In this document: positions 38,951 through 47,933 of the stretch, in pieces
Numbering within the stretch: position 1 is the stretch's first letter
Layout: each line of letters begins with the position of its first letter
Source of the DNA: a virus
Taxonomy: Duplodnaviria; Caudoviricetes
Length of the DNA stretch: 64,000 bases
Direction: 5' to 3' (one strand)
IMG/VR virus record: IMGVR_UViG_2595698332_000001
Span: 4,528 to 68,527 of that record
The notes under the pieces: model-generated
The model's database searches: none
What the model was told of the DNA's origin: nothing
Seen by the model: only the letters and a program-made list of their open reading frames with translations
Position numbers and translations under genes: made by a program

Positions 38951-39028
38951 TTGTGATGTATCGGTGGCCCACTCACCGCGTGAGTTACCCCCGTAACAAG
39001 AGTGCGGGGAGCGGGTGCGGTTTCGTGC

Positions 39029-39328
39029 CTACTCGTCGCCGAACGCCGCTTTGCGAACGTGTTCCTCGTAGCGGCGAGCGACGTTCGTCTCGCACACATC
39101 CCGAGCGTACCGGGCGTTGTGCATCACGACCGCCGTCCAGTCCTCGGCGCTCATGCCGTCAGGCTTGGCGACGGTGATGGTCGCGCGGTCGTCTATCGGC
39201 TCGAACTGCTCGACCTGTACCTTCTTGCCAGCCGAGAGCGTGGCCTCGGTCTGGAACTCGATGACGCTCACTTCAGAACCGTCGGCGAGCGTGATGGTGT
39301 AGGCGTCCGGGTCTACGTCGTTACTCAT
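39029..39328 (-). CDS. Hypothetical protein
   Basis: 99 aa; KKVQVEQFEPI. Confidence 0.7.
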   Translation of the reverse strand: MSNDVDPDAYTITLADGSEVSVIEFQTEATLSAGKKVQVEQFEPIDDRATITVAKPDGMSAEDWTAVVMHNARYARDVCETNVARRYEEHVRKAAFGDE

Positions 39329-39743
39329 CGGCGTCCTCGATGGCGTCTTCGATGGCGCTCACGGCGGTCGTTCGGTCGCCATCCGCCTGCTCGGCTTCGA
39401 GCAGGGCTTCCAGTTCAGCGACCGAGAGGTCGCGGGCGTTCATCTGCTCGGTCAGGTCAGCGACAGAGAAGTCGGCGGGGTTCAGCGGCGACTCAGTTAC
39501 CCCCGTAGCGTCGTCGCCGTCGTCTTCCGCGTCTTCCTCGTCGGCGGCCTCATCGGGTTCCTCACCCGGAGGCGTCAGGTCTGCGTCGTCCACGTCGCCG
39601 TAGAGGACGCGAGTGATGCGGCCCTGCGGATACTTCGAGTAGCACCGCTCGACCGCCGCCTCGGCGTCGAGACTCGCACCCGAAGTCCGGTACTCTTGTT
39701 CGTCACCGTTCGGGACGGTAACGACGAAGCCGTACTCAGGCAT
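39321..39743 (-). CDS. Hypothetical acidic protein
   Basis: 140 aa; C-terminal SV.DL...E.....RTTAV.AIE helical domain. Confidence 0.7.
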   Translation of the reverse strand: MPEYGFVVTVPNGDEQEYRTSGASLDAEAAVERCYSKYPQGRITRVLYGDVDDADLTPPGEEPDEAADEEDAEDDGDDATGVTESPLNPADFSVADLTEQMNARDLSVAELEALLEAEQADGDRTTAVSAIEDAIEDADE

Positions 39744-40840
39744 TAGGCCCGAGCCTCCACTTCCGCCGCCGCGGCGTCCCAGTCCACGTCGTCCGGGTTG
39801 TCCACCTCGTCGGCGGCGAACTCGCGGAGTTCTTCGGGTTCGACCGAGCCGTCGGTGCGGGCGAAGTAGTTGATGAGGTCGTCCAGCACAGCCGGGATGT
39901 TGGCCTCGCTGTCGCCCTCGTCGTCGGCCTCGTCGGCCTCGTCGTCAGCCGTCTCCGCGGGAGCCTGCGCGGCCTGTGCGCCGCCGTCGGTGGCCTTCGC
40001 GGGTTCTGCCTCGGCTTCCGGCTCGGGCGCGTCAGCGGCCTCGTCAGCCCCACCGTCGCCGTCGCCGAAGTTGTCGATGGTGATGCGCTCGCCGGTCTTC
40101 GAGTCGAGGAGGATGGGCGTGGAGTACGTCACCTCGCCGTCGTCGCCTTCCAGCGACTCCTCGATGATGAACAGTTCCATCTCGCGGCCCTCGATGCCGT
40201 CGCGGATGGCCGGGTCCATCGTGGTGAGCCAGCCGTGCTGTTCGTACTTCGGGTTCCCGTCTTCGCGGGTGCCGCCGTCGTCGTTGATGATGCCGTCACC
40301 TTCGGCGGTCAGCAACTTGGCGAGCGTGCGAACCCACGACTTGTTCTTGAGGAGCATCGAGACCTCGCCGACGACGATGGCGTTGTCTTCGGTCTCCACG
40401 TCGAGGTCGCTGTTGACCTCGATGTCGTCTCCGGCCTCGACCGCCACACCAACGGGGGTGTAGAAGTAGTCGTTGCCGCCGAACGTCTCGGAGAAGCCGA
40501 GAACGCGCGGGTGGTTGAGGATTTCCTCGGCGGTCATCTCGTTGCCGTCGCGGTTCAGGACGAGGCCCGTGTCCGGGTCCACGTCGAAGAACTTGCCGGG
40601 CGAGAAGACCTTCCACGTATCGGGCTTGTCCTCGCGCTGGAAGACGATGCCGTCCAGCACCTTCACGTCCTCGAAGCCGACGACGAACGTGTCGCCGTAC
40701 TGCGAGTCGAAGGCGTTCACGCGGTTGCCGACGACGGACAGCGCGCTGTACTTCTGGAGTTTCAGCGTGATGTCATCGAAGTCGCCGCCGCTGGTCGAGG
40801 AGCCGGTGCCGCTTCCGCTGTAGGAGTTGTATCGGGACAT
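39743..40840 (-). CDS. Hypothetical protein (possible ssDNA-binding)
   Basis: 365 aa, strong codon bias, acidic tail; heads the replication operon. Confidence 0.65.
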   Translation of the reverse strand: MSRYNSYSGSGTGSSTSGGDFDDITLKLQKYSALSVVGNRVNAFDSQYGDTFVVGFEDVKVLDGIVFQREDKPDTWKVFSPGKFFDVDPDTGLVLNRDGNEMTAEEILNHPRVLGFSETFGGNDYFYTPVGVAVEAGDDIEVNSDLDVETEDNAIVVGEVSMLLKNKSWVRTLAKLLTAEGDGIINDDGGTREDGNPKYEQHGWLTTMDPAIRDGIEGREMELFIIEESLEGDDGEVTYSTPILLDSKTGERITIDNFGDGDGGADEAADAPEPEAEAEPAKATDGGAQAAQAPAETADDEADEADDEGDSEANIPAVLDDLINYFARTDGSVEPEELREFAADEVDNPDDVDWDAAAAEVEARA

Positions 40841-40900
40841 TGTTGTGTTGTGGTTGTGTTTGCTCCGAGTTCCGGTAGGGCACGTCGTTCGTGCCTACCC

Positions 40901-40965
40901 AAAGAATTGAGTCGTTCAGACTTAACTCTATCGCTAAGAGTTGAGTCTTGCCGAGTCAATTCTTT
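40901..40965. promoter_or_regulatory. Promoter-repeat variant flanked by inverted AAAGAATTGA
   Basis: AAAGAATTGA...GACTTAACTCTATCG...TCAATTCTTT. Confidence 0.55.
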
Positions 40966-40989
40966 CCGCGGTGGAGTAGGCCGCGGATG

Positions 40990-41043
40990 CCGACCGGCGG
41001 AGTCGAACCGCCGACGTAGAGTGTTTACGTGCGCCAGCGTCGG
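40990..41043 (-). ncRNA. D-armless tRNA-like element
   Basis: CCGAC/GTCGG closing stem; ACGTA-AACACTC-TACGT hairpin; GGCGG-TTCGACT-CCGCC T-arm. Confidence 0.55.
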
Positions 41044-41272
41044 TGTGAGCGAAGGAGGAGGGAGATAGCATCAGGGGGAGCCGGGGCGGGAAGCCCCGGA
41101 AACAAATTGTGGGATTTGAGCCGATGAGGCTCGGGGTTAGACAGCAGGTGGTAGACGCTTTCGTATCAGTTCGTGGTCGGGAGTAGCAGGAGGGAGAGAG
41201 ACAGGAGAGAGACTGCGAGATTCGTCGTGGCAAGAACACCGGCAGAGGTCGCCGCAGGGGCGACAGCGGCAG

Positions 41273-41779
41273 TTATTCATCGTCTTCCCACCCCGGAACG
41301 TCGTCTTCGTTGTCGCGCTCCGCGGCGGCTTTGTATGCCTCGGCGAGTTCTTCGTCGTCGGCGTCATCGGCTCGCACCGCGTCCCACAGAACCATCGGGT
41401 TGCCGCCGACAATTTCCATCGGAACCGTCGCGCCGCGGATGTCAGCGATTTCGTCAGCGCCCACTGCGTCCATCAGCACGTACAGGAGCGAGTCGTCGTC
41501 GTTCCGGCCTCGGGGGAGGTCGAAGACCAGCGAGCCGGGGTCTTCGTAGTCGCTCGCGGAGACCGGGACGACGACCTTCCAGTCGGGCTGGAAGTACCCG
41601 CCGAAGTCTTTGATGTCCGGCTCGCCGAGCGTCGCCTCGAACACGCGGTCGGTGATTGCTTCGACCTCGCTGATGGCGGCCTCGACGGCTTCTGCGCCGC
41701 TGATGGGGCGTTCGGGTGCTGTGCTACGGAACGGACTAAGCGCCGCGACGACGCTTGCGATGGCTACTGTCAGGTTCAT
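41273..41779 (-). CDS. Hypothetical protein
   Basis: 168 aa acidic with hydrophobic N-terminus; leader motif variant upstream. Confidence 0.65.
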   Translation of the reverse strand: MNLTVAIASVVAALSPFRSTAPERPISGAEAVEAAISEVEAITDRVFEATLGEPDIKDFGGYFQPDWKVVVPVSASDYEDPGSLVFDLPRGRNDDDSLLYVLMDAVGADEIADIRGATVPMEIVGGNPMVLWDAVRADDADDEELAEAYKAAAERDNEDDVPGWEDDE

Positions 41780-41804
41780 GGTTTGGAAGGTTGCTCGGGT
41801 CGCA

Positions 41805-41877
41805 TAGCCCTGCGCGGAGTCGAACCGCGGTCCCGAGTTCCAAAGACTCGGATGATTGGCCGCTACACCACAGGGCT
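41805..41877 (-). tRNA. tRNA-Gln(TTG)
   Basis: Acceptor AGCCCTG/CAGGGCT; anticodon arm CGAGT-CTTTGGA-ACTCG; T-arm CGCGG-TTCGACT-CCGCG. Confidence 0.95.
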
Positions 41878-41879
41878 TC

Positions 41880-42318
41880 TAAGGTGACGCTCGTCACACG
41901 CCACCACTTGCTTGTCACTTGATTGCTACCACACTGTGCCACGCGGTTTCGCTGTTAGGCTACCCAAGAACGTGCGGTTAACCTCGGGCCGGGCGACCAG
42001 TCCGGCTAATATAGGCGACGAGTTGTGTAACAGGTGATTTGATGGTGGACTGCTCTTTTGCGTTGGCGGCAGTCCTCGGGTTTCGGCCAAAATCAGTTCA
42101 GGCGTTCCTCGGAGGTTCAGTGTAAAAGGCGGCGCGAAGGCCGCCTGCCCTACCGGAACTAACGGCGGGACACAACCTTCCGAGGGCCGTACAAGCCCTC
42201 ACGAGAACCCACGCCGCGCCCGCTCTTAAGGATTGATGACCGTCAGAACAGAGGCGGGGGGCCTCGGGGGGTGTGTCCTCGGAACGAGGTTCGCCGCCCG
42301 TTGGGGCAACGCCCTCAC
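41880..42318 (-). ncRNA. Putative non-coding RNA upstream of tRNA-Gln
   Basis: No convincing ORF; downstream of promoter repeat; hairpins; contains the antisense of the mRNA leader motif. Confidence 0.45.
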
Positions 42319-42366
42319 TAAACTAAACGCGACCTGATGACTTAACTCTGTCGGCTTCAATTCTTT
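42316..42366 (-). promoter_or_regulatory. Conserved viral promoter repeat, copy 2
   Basis: AAAGAATTGA...AGAGTTAAGTC...CGTTTAGTTTAGTG. Confidence 0.7.
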
Positions 42367-42459
42367 GGGAGAGCCTGAAATGTACGGTATCCTTCACGAA
42401 ACCGCACATCTGGTGAGCAACAATTAAGTCTTTGGGCGTTCTTTCTTTCATCGTTGGTT

Positions 42460-43062
42460 ATGAGCCAAAGCAAGAGCGGGGGTGAGAGGACACACAAGAA
42501 CAACGAGCGTGTGGTTCGTTGTCCTGCCACATACCCCGACGGTTCACAGTGCGAGAAAGAAGTTCTTTCTCGCGCTTTGCACCTTCACGTACTCCGTAAG
42601 AGCGACGAAGCGCACGGTGAATCAGGTGACATACCGCCGAATCTCGACGTTGAACACGCCGAGGTCGTCGGTGAGAAAGAAGTCGAGGTGGACTACCCCG
42701 AAGAACGCGAGCAGGAGGAAGTCGCCCGGCAGTGCCCGTACTGTCGGCAGGTGTTCCGCGGGAAGCAGGGCCTCGAAATTCACTTCGGGCAGGTCGTCGG
42801 GCGGATGAATCACCCGAAAGACCGCGACGAGTTCCCCGAGGCGACCGAGTGCCCCATCGTCCGGGTTGACGACAACAAGAACGTTATTGATGTCGTCCAA
42901 GAAGGCGCGGTGATGCCCTCGACCCGTCAGCGGAAGGAAGGACAGCGGCGCGAAGATGAGACGGTCGATGATTTCATCGCCCGGCTCCGCGCTTCGGGCC
43001 GGGACGACCAAGCCGACGCGGTAGAAGAAGCCCTTCAGGAGATGGGCGAAAAACTCTCTTAG
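42460..43062 (+). CDS. C2H2-type zinc-finger protein
   Basis: CPA..C...LHLHV..H and CPYC...GLEIHF motifs. Confidence 0.7.
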   Translation: MSQSKSGGERTHKNNERVVRCPATYPDGSQCEKEVLSRALHLHVLRKSDEAHGESGDIPPNLDVEHAEVVGEKEVEVDYPEEREQEEVARQCPYCRQVFRGKQGLEIHFGQVVGRMNHPKDRDEFPEATECPIVRVDDNKNVIDVVQEGAVMPSTRQRKEGQRREDETVDDFIARLRASGRDDQADAVEEALQEMGEKLS

Positions 43063-43598
43063 TTTTCTTCTGCGTTCCACAAGTCCTCGAAGTAGGATTG
43101 CGTGTACTTAGCCTCGGCTCCGTAGCGGGAGGTCTCTCGAAGGCGGTCTACGTAGCCCATAATCTCGATGAGGCCGCCCTCGGTCAGGTGGAGGTCGTCT
43201 TCGACTCGGGGGAGGATTTCTTCGAGCATGATGATGGCTTCTTCGTGGTTAACGACGAGGTAGTCCATCATCGGCATCAAGAAGTTGCGGATGCCCTCGG
43301 GGCTTTTGGCCTCGAAGACGAACGAGCCGCTGTCGCTTCGCTTTGTGATGCTGTGGTCTACGTCGTAGTCTTCGCAGTAGGCGTCCAACTTCCCCATCAG
43401 GACTTCTTGGTCTTCGGGGCGGTTGATTCGGATGAGTGGGTGGAAGCGGAAGCCGATGCGAGTGTCTTCGGTTTTCGTGAGTTGGGCTGTCACACTGCCT
43501 ACTACGTCGAAGACTCCGGCGAGGTGGGCTACGTGGTCTCGTTCCATACGAGTTGGTTGGAGTGCTGTGCCTTTTAATGCTATTGCTTGTTCTGTCAT
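43059..43598 (-). CDS. LAGLIDADG-like protein (degenerate motif)
   Basis: HLAGVFDVVGSV; FL..M..YL; HLTEGGLIEI. Confidence 0.7.
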   Translation of the reverse strand: MTEQAIALKGTALQPTRMERDHVAHLAGVFDVVGSVTAQLTKTEDTRIGFRFHPLIRINRPEDQEVLMGKLDAYCEDYDVDHSITKRSDSGSFVFEAKSPEGIRNFLMPMMDYLVVNHEEAIIMLEEILPRVEDDLHLTEGGLIEIMGYVDRLRETSRYGAEAKYTQSYFEDLWNAEEN

Positions 43599-43614
43599 TT
43601 GTGTTCTTGCTCAT

Positions 43615-43663
43615 AGAATTGACCCCGACAGAGTTAAGTCTTCGGGGAGCGTTTAGTTTAGTG
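43615..43663 (+). promoter_or_regulatory. Conserved viral promoter repeat, copy 3
   Basis: AGAATTGA...AGAGTTAAGTC...CGTTTAGTTTAGTG. Confidence 0.7.
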
Positions 43664-43920
43664 AGGGCAATCGGGCTGGTGTCCCTCACCTCTCCTCTTG
43701 GGTTACTTCGCGTTCTATACTACTCTCTGTTAGAGAGCGTAGTAAGAGAGCGTTCTACACTACCGAGCCTCATCGAGTTACAGCACGAGTTTCTACTCTT
43801 AGAGTTTCTATCTCTTAGAGTATCCCCCTCTGTAGTCTCCCCCTTAGAGAGAGCGTGAAATCTTCTGTGTGAAGTCACGCTGACGAGGTGGTCCCCGCTG
43901 GTCTCTGCCCTCTGGTATCT

Positions 43921-44403
43921 ATGGAACACATCTCCGAGAAGCAACCGCCGAGTGTCCTTACTTCAGACACCGAGAACGCGACTACTATTCAACCGAGTGA
44001 AGCACCGCCCTCCCAACGGGAGAAATACGAACGACTTCGGGCCTACAACACAGGTCTCTGGAACGGCCCGAAGCGCGAGAATAAGAAGGCGATGCACCGG
44101 CAGGACGACCTCCACAGGTTCGACGCCGTTGCCTCGCAACTTGAACTCACGCCGTTCCAGAAGGAACGTGGCCGTGAAATCTTCGATGAACTCGACTACT
44201 TCGGCCCTCCAGTCGAACACACTATCTTTGCTGTCTGCGCTGTTGTAGCGAACGCTGACTATCCTGACGGTACTCGATACTGGCCGCATCCACAGAAGGA
44301 AGACAACGACCCGATGTTCACCGAAATGGCCGACGAGTTGGACATGTCTGTCTCGAAGCAGATGTCCACGGTCATGAAGGTGAAGTCTCGCACGGGGTTG
44401 TAA
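43921..44403 (+). CDS. Hypothetical protein, possible TFB cyclin-like fold
   Basis: DAVASQLELTPFQKERGREIF...FAVCAVV. Confidence 0.55.
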   Translation: MEHISEKQPPSVLTSDTENATTIQPSEAPPSQREKYERLRAYNTGLWNGPKRENKKAMHRQDDLHRFDAVASQLELTPFQKERGREIFDELDYFGPPVEHTIFAVCAVVANADYPDGTRYWPHPQKEDNDPMFTEMADELDMSVSKQMSTVMKVKSRTGL

Positions 44404-44888
44404 TGCCTGTTCTGACTATTCTTGCCGACAATCGAGAACAGAAAGGCTGGTCGTTCGAGGACTACCCGGTCGAGGTCGAGAACGTGACGCTCGAAACCGG
44501 GGACTACACAATCCCTGAAGCCTGCGACTACGACGAGCGGCTGGACACCTACATCCCCGAGTTCGCCGTCGAGCGGAAGTCGGGGCAGGACTTCCTTCAG
44601 TCCATCACTCACGGTCGGGAACGCTTCAAGGCGGAGATTAAGCGTGCCGAGTCGTGGGATGACCCGCTGAAGGTGAACGTCGCCGAGCCGTGGACGACCT
44701 TCCAGAATCGCTATTCGGAGTTGCTGAAGTTCAGGAAGGTGTACCCGAATCAAATCGCCGGGACGGTTCGGGAGTGGGAGAAGTGGTACAACGTGGGGTT
44801 TCACTTCTACCCGAACCGAGCCGCCGCCGAGCAGGACACGTTCGATACGCTGATGACGTGGTATCGAGCGCATCAGTACCTCCCCTGA
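44403..44888 (+). CDS. ERCC4/XPF-family nuclease
   Basis: DNREQ, LETGDY, VERKS..DF..SI...R motifs. Confidence 0.88.
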   Translation: MPVLTILADNREQKGWSFEDYPVEVENVTLETGDYTIPEACDYDERLDTYIPEFAVERKSGQDFLQSITHGRERFKAEIKRAESWDDPLKVNVAEPWTTFQNRYSELLKFRKVYPNQIAGTVREWEKWYNVGFHFYPNRAAAEQDTFDTLMTWYRAHQYLP

Positions 44889-45104
44889 GTACGTATCGCG
44901 GCATACGGTTTACGAGAGCCGTTGTCGCGGTACGGTTCAAAGACGATTCTCATTTGCGGGCCTCATCGGCTCATAGAACGGAGTTAGTTTGTATCGCTGT
45001 GCCGCAGTAACGTTTATAAGCAACCCCCGGAAAGTACCGTTACCGAAGTAGAAATCGGGTGGGTACTTTAAGTCAGGCCGTCGTTACGGGCCGCAGGCCC
45101 GTCG

Positions 45105-45160
45105 CGGCGTTGAGGGCGCTGTCCTGTAGAGGTCCGCCGGTTCAAATCCGGTCCCACGCA
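45105..45160 (+). other. attP: 3' portion of tRNA-Leu(GAG)
   Basis: Anticodon arm CGGCG-TTGAGGG-CGCTG, long variable arm, GCCGG-TTCAAAT-CCGGT, CCCACGCA; 5' half absent; 47 nt upstream of integrase. Confidence 0.85.
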
Positions 45161-45207
45161 TCAGACGGCTCCGCCGTCTTGCGATTTTTACTTCGGTAGG
45201 TCAACCC

Positions 45208-46371
45208 ATGAACGCAGACCTACCAATCACCCTCGAAAACTGCGACGTAGACGTACAGCACAATCTCGACCCCGGTCGAAGCATCGTCGTCGTCCCGAAA
45301 ACGCTGGACGGCGCGCTGACCGACCGGCAACTCGTAGATTACAAAGACCAACGAGTGAAGTTCTTGTCATGGCTGTTGAACGTCGGGAAGAACCCCCACC
45401 GCGCGTCAGGATACGCGCCATACACCGTCTATAGCGACGCTTACCGGACGGCTCGGTTCGACCAGTGGGTGTGGGAACAGCGGGACGAATACAAGTACCC
45501 ACCCGATGAGCAGGACGCTCACGACTACATCGACCACCTCGCCTACTCCGACAAAGGGCAGGTCGAGAAAGGCAAACTTCAGGAAGGCATCGAACACCTC
45601 AACAAGTGGCTTCAGCACACGACCGGCGAGCCGGAGTGGGAGTTCAAAGTCTCGTTCCGCTCGTCCAGCGGAAACCTCGAACCCCGCGACTACCTCTCGG
45701 CGGAGGAACGCCGCGCCGTCAGGCAGGCCGCCCTCAACGCCGGGAACATCCCCGCCTACAACTCGCTGTCACCAGCGGAGCGTCGCGGCTGGAAGCAACA
45801 CATCTCGAAGATTCTCGGCAAGCCCTACGAGGACGTAACCCCCGAGGACTGGGGCGAAGTTGACGGGTGGGAAGTCACCTCGCTCGTTTGGGCCAGTCTC
45901 GACGCCGGGTTCCGACCCGATGAGGTCGGCAAGGCGAAGGTCTCGTGGGTGGACACCGAGAACGGCGTCCTTCGCATCCCCCACGAGGACTCCTCGAAGA
46001 ACGAAGGGAACTGGACAGTCACGCTCACCGACCGCACAACGACTGCGCTTCAACGGTGGCTCCGAGAGCGGGAGAACCGTCCTCGGTATGATGACTCCGA
46101 ACTCCTGTGGCTTACCAGCCACGGGAACCCCCACGGCTCAAAGAGCCTGTCTCGCCTCATCAAGCGGCTCTGCGACGAGGCTGGCATCGACTACGAGAAC
46201 CGGCAGATGTCGTGGTACACGATTCGTCACTCCGTCGGGACTCACATGGCGCACCACCGCGACCTGAAGGCCGCGAAAAGTCAACTCCGACACAAGAGTC
46301 CGAAGACGACCATGCAATACGACAACGTATCCGTGGAAGACCGGCGCGACGCCCTCGACAAGATGGGCTAA
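45208..46371 (+). CDS. int: Tyrosine integrase
   Basis: GFRPDE, K, YTIRHS and LRHKSPKTTMQY catalytic residues. Confidence 0.93.
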   Translation: MNADLPITLENCDVDVQHNLDPGRSIVVVPKTLDGALTDRQLVDYKDQRVKFLSWLLNVGKNPHRASGYAPYTVYSDAYRTARFDQWVWEQRDEYKYPPDEQDAHDYIDHLAYSDKGQVEKGKLQEGIEHLNKWLQHTTGEPEWEFKVSFRSSSGNLEPRDYLSAEERRAVRQAALNAGNIPAYNSLSPAERRGWKQHISKILGKPYEDVTPEDWGEVDGWEVTSLVWASLDAGFRPDEVGKAKVSWVDTENGVLRIPHEDSSKNEGNWTVTLTDRTTTALQRWLRERENRPRYDDSELLWLTSHGNPHGSKSLSRLIKRLCDEAGIDYENRQMSWYTIRHSVGTHMAHHRDLKAAKSQLRHKSPKTTMQYDNVSVEDRRDALDKMG

Positions 46372-46549
46372 TCGCTCGCGTCTTCGGTCAGAGTACGCAC
46401 CTCCTCCCGGTGCGCCTCGTCCAGTTCAGCAACCATACCGCGGATTATTTGAACCGCTTCATCTTCGCTGACGTGATGGAGTCCCCGCTCCGGGTGCTGG
46501 TCGTCGCCCTGAAGCCGATGACCCGGCACACGAACCGGAACGCTCGGAG

Positions 46550-46972
46550 TCACCACACCACCTCGTCTTCGTCGTAGGCCGCGTACAGTTCGCTCATATG
46601 CTCCAGCATCGTGTCCGAGTCTGAAGCGTCTATCGGCTCCTCCGCGGCGGCGTTGTGGCGGGCGATGGACAAGCAGGTGTCGCACAGTCCGTTGTTCGGG
46701 CCGGGAGTCTCGTTGCCGCAGACCTCGAAGTATTCGCACTCCAGTTCCTCCGCGCTCGGCTCCGGCTGGTATTCCTCTAACGCTTTGTTCATCCAGTACG
46801 ACACCTGACTTTCGGAACACCCGAGGACGTGGGCGATTTCATACTGGTACTTGTGCTTCTCGTTCAGTTTCACCATCAACTTGGCGTCCTTCCACGGCTC
46901 GCCCTTCTTAGCGAAGAAGGGGTTTGGGGAAGGGCCGAGTTCTTCGGTGAGGTCTCGCTCGCTTTTGCTCAT
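46550..46972 (-). CDS. HTH plus Zn-finger protein (regulator/excisionase candidate)
   Basis: YEIAHVLGCSESQVSYWM; C...C...CDTC. Confidence 0.7.
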   Translation of the reverse strand: MSKSERDLTEELGPSPNPFFAKKGEPWKDAKLMVKLNEKHKYQYEIAHVLGCSESQVSYWMNKALEEYQPEPSAEELECEYFEVCGNETPGPNNGLCDTCLSIARHNAAAEEPIDASDSDTMLEHMSELYAAYDEDEVVW

Positions 46973-47190
46973 TTGATTGTCCCTATGGTTGAGATTTCCT
47001 CGATGAACTCCGGGTCTGGTTCATCGCAGTTGGGGCAGAGGTCAACAGGCGCGTCGCTGAAGCCGGGAGCGTCCGGCGTCGGCCAGCGCGTCTGCTTCCA
47101 TCCGTCTTTCAGTTGGTACGACTTTCTACCACAGCCGTCGCATTTGTAGCCGTAGTAAAACGACCGCCCGACCCAGTACCCCCGGCTCAT
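46969..47190 (-). CDS. Zn-finger protein
   Basis: CDGCG...DLCPNC. Confidence 0.6.
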   Translation of the reverse strand: MSRGYWVGRSFYYGYKCDGCGRKSYQLKDGWKQTRWPTPDAPGFSDAPVDLCPNCDEPDPEFIEEISTIGTIK

Positions 47191-47366
47191 CTGTCGCCTA
47201 TCACCCGACAGTACGATTCCTCGCAGTCGGGTGAGTTACACACGAACCGGGTGAACGGGTGTTCGTATTTGACTCGCGTCGCCCCCATCTCGCAGTCACA
47301 CGTCAACTCCTCGTTGGCGTGTTCCCACCACTCCGGGGGAGTACGTCGGTCACTCGGCGGCCTCAT
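47187..47366 (-). CDS. Small Cys-rich protein, 59 aa
   Basis: MRPPSDRRTPPEWWEHANEELTCDC...CNSPDC; ATGA coupling. Confidence 0.5.
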   Translation of the reverse strand: MRPPSDRRTPPEWWEHANEELTCDCEMGATRVKYEHPFTRFVCNSPDCEESYCRVIGDR

Positions 47367-47370
47367 CGGA

Positions 47371-47808
47371 CTACTCCGCGCTATACCGAAGCGTGTAGCC
47401 GTCCATCTCCAACTCCACGCACCCCGAGTCGGGGTCGGGGTCTACGTGGATGTCTACTCGCTCGTTCCCTTCGTGGAACGCTTGCTCGATGTGGAGGACT
47501 CGTTCTTCGGCGTAAGAAGAAACGTCGTCCCACTCGGTGATGTCGGGCAGGTCGATGCGGTCGCCGTCCGGGGTGTCGAGTTCATCGTACTCGAAGCGGT
47601 ACGTGCGGGTTTCCTCACACGACCACCCCTCGCCCCACCGGCCCTCGACGTAGCGACAACGCTCGTGGAAGATGGCCGCGCCATCCTCGATTACGGGGTT
47701 GTCAATGTCGCCGAGTTCCCACTCGTGTTCGTGAGCGTGAGGCTCGATGATGCCGCCGCGGATGAGGTCACGCCGGGAGGTTCCCGGCGGGTAGTTGCCC
47801 CCGACCAT
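47371..47808 (-). CDS. Hypothetical protein
   Basis: 145 aa acidic. Confidence 0.7.
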   Translation of the reverse strand: MVGGNYPPGTSRRDLIRGGIIEPHAHEHEWELGDIDNPVIEDGAAIFHERCRYVEGRWGEGWSCEETRTYRFEYDELDTPDGDRIDLPDITEWDDVSSYAEERVLHIEQAFHEGNERVDIHVDPDPDSGCVELEMDGYTLRYSAE

Positions 47809-47870
47809 TAGACCTCAGCCTCCTCGTTGCCGAGCGATGCGACTATCTGTTCCGCGTGCTTGTTGTTCAT
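47808..47870 (-). CDS. 20 aa micro-ORF
   Basis: MNNKHAEQIVASLGNEEAEV; directly follows the leader motif; TAATG coupling. Confidence 0.5.
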   Translation of the reverse strand: MNNKHAEQIVASLGNEEAEV

Positions 47871-47933
47871 AGGTTGTGTCCCGCCCCCGTTGGGCGGAGA
47901 AACCGCCGCCGGGGAGTGACCCCGGTTACGTCG

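Noticed and set aside
45061-45160. Complete tRNA-Leu gene
   Set aside because: The 5' acceptor strand and D-arm are missing; better explained as attP
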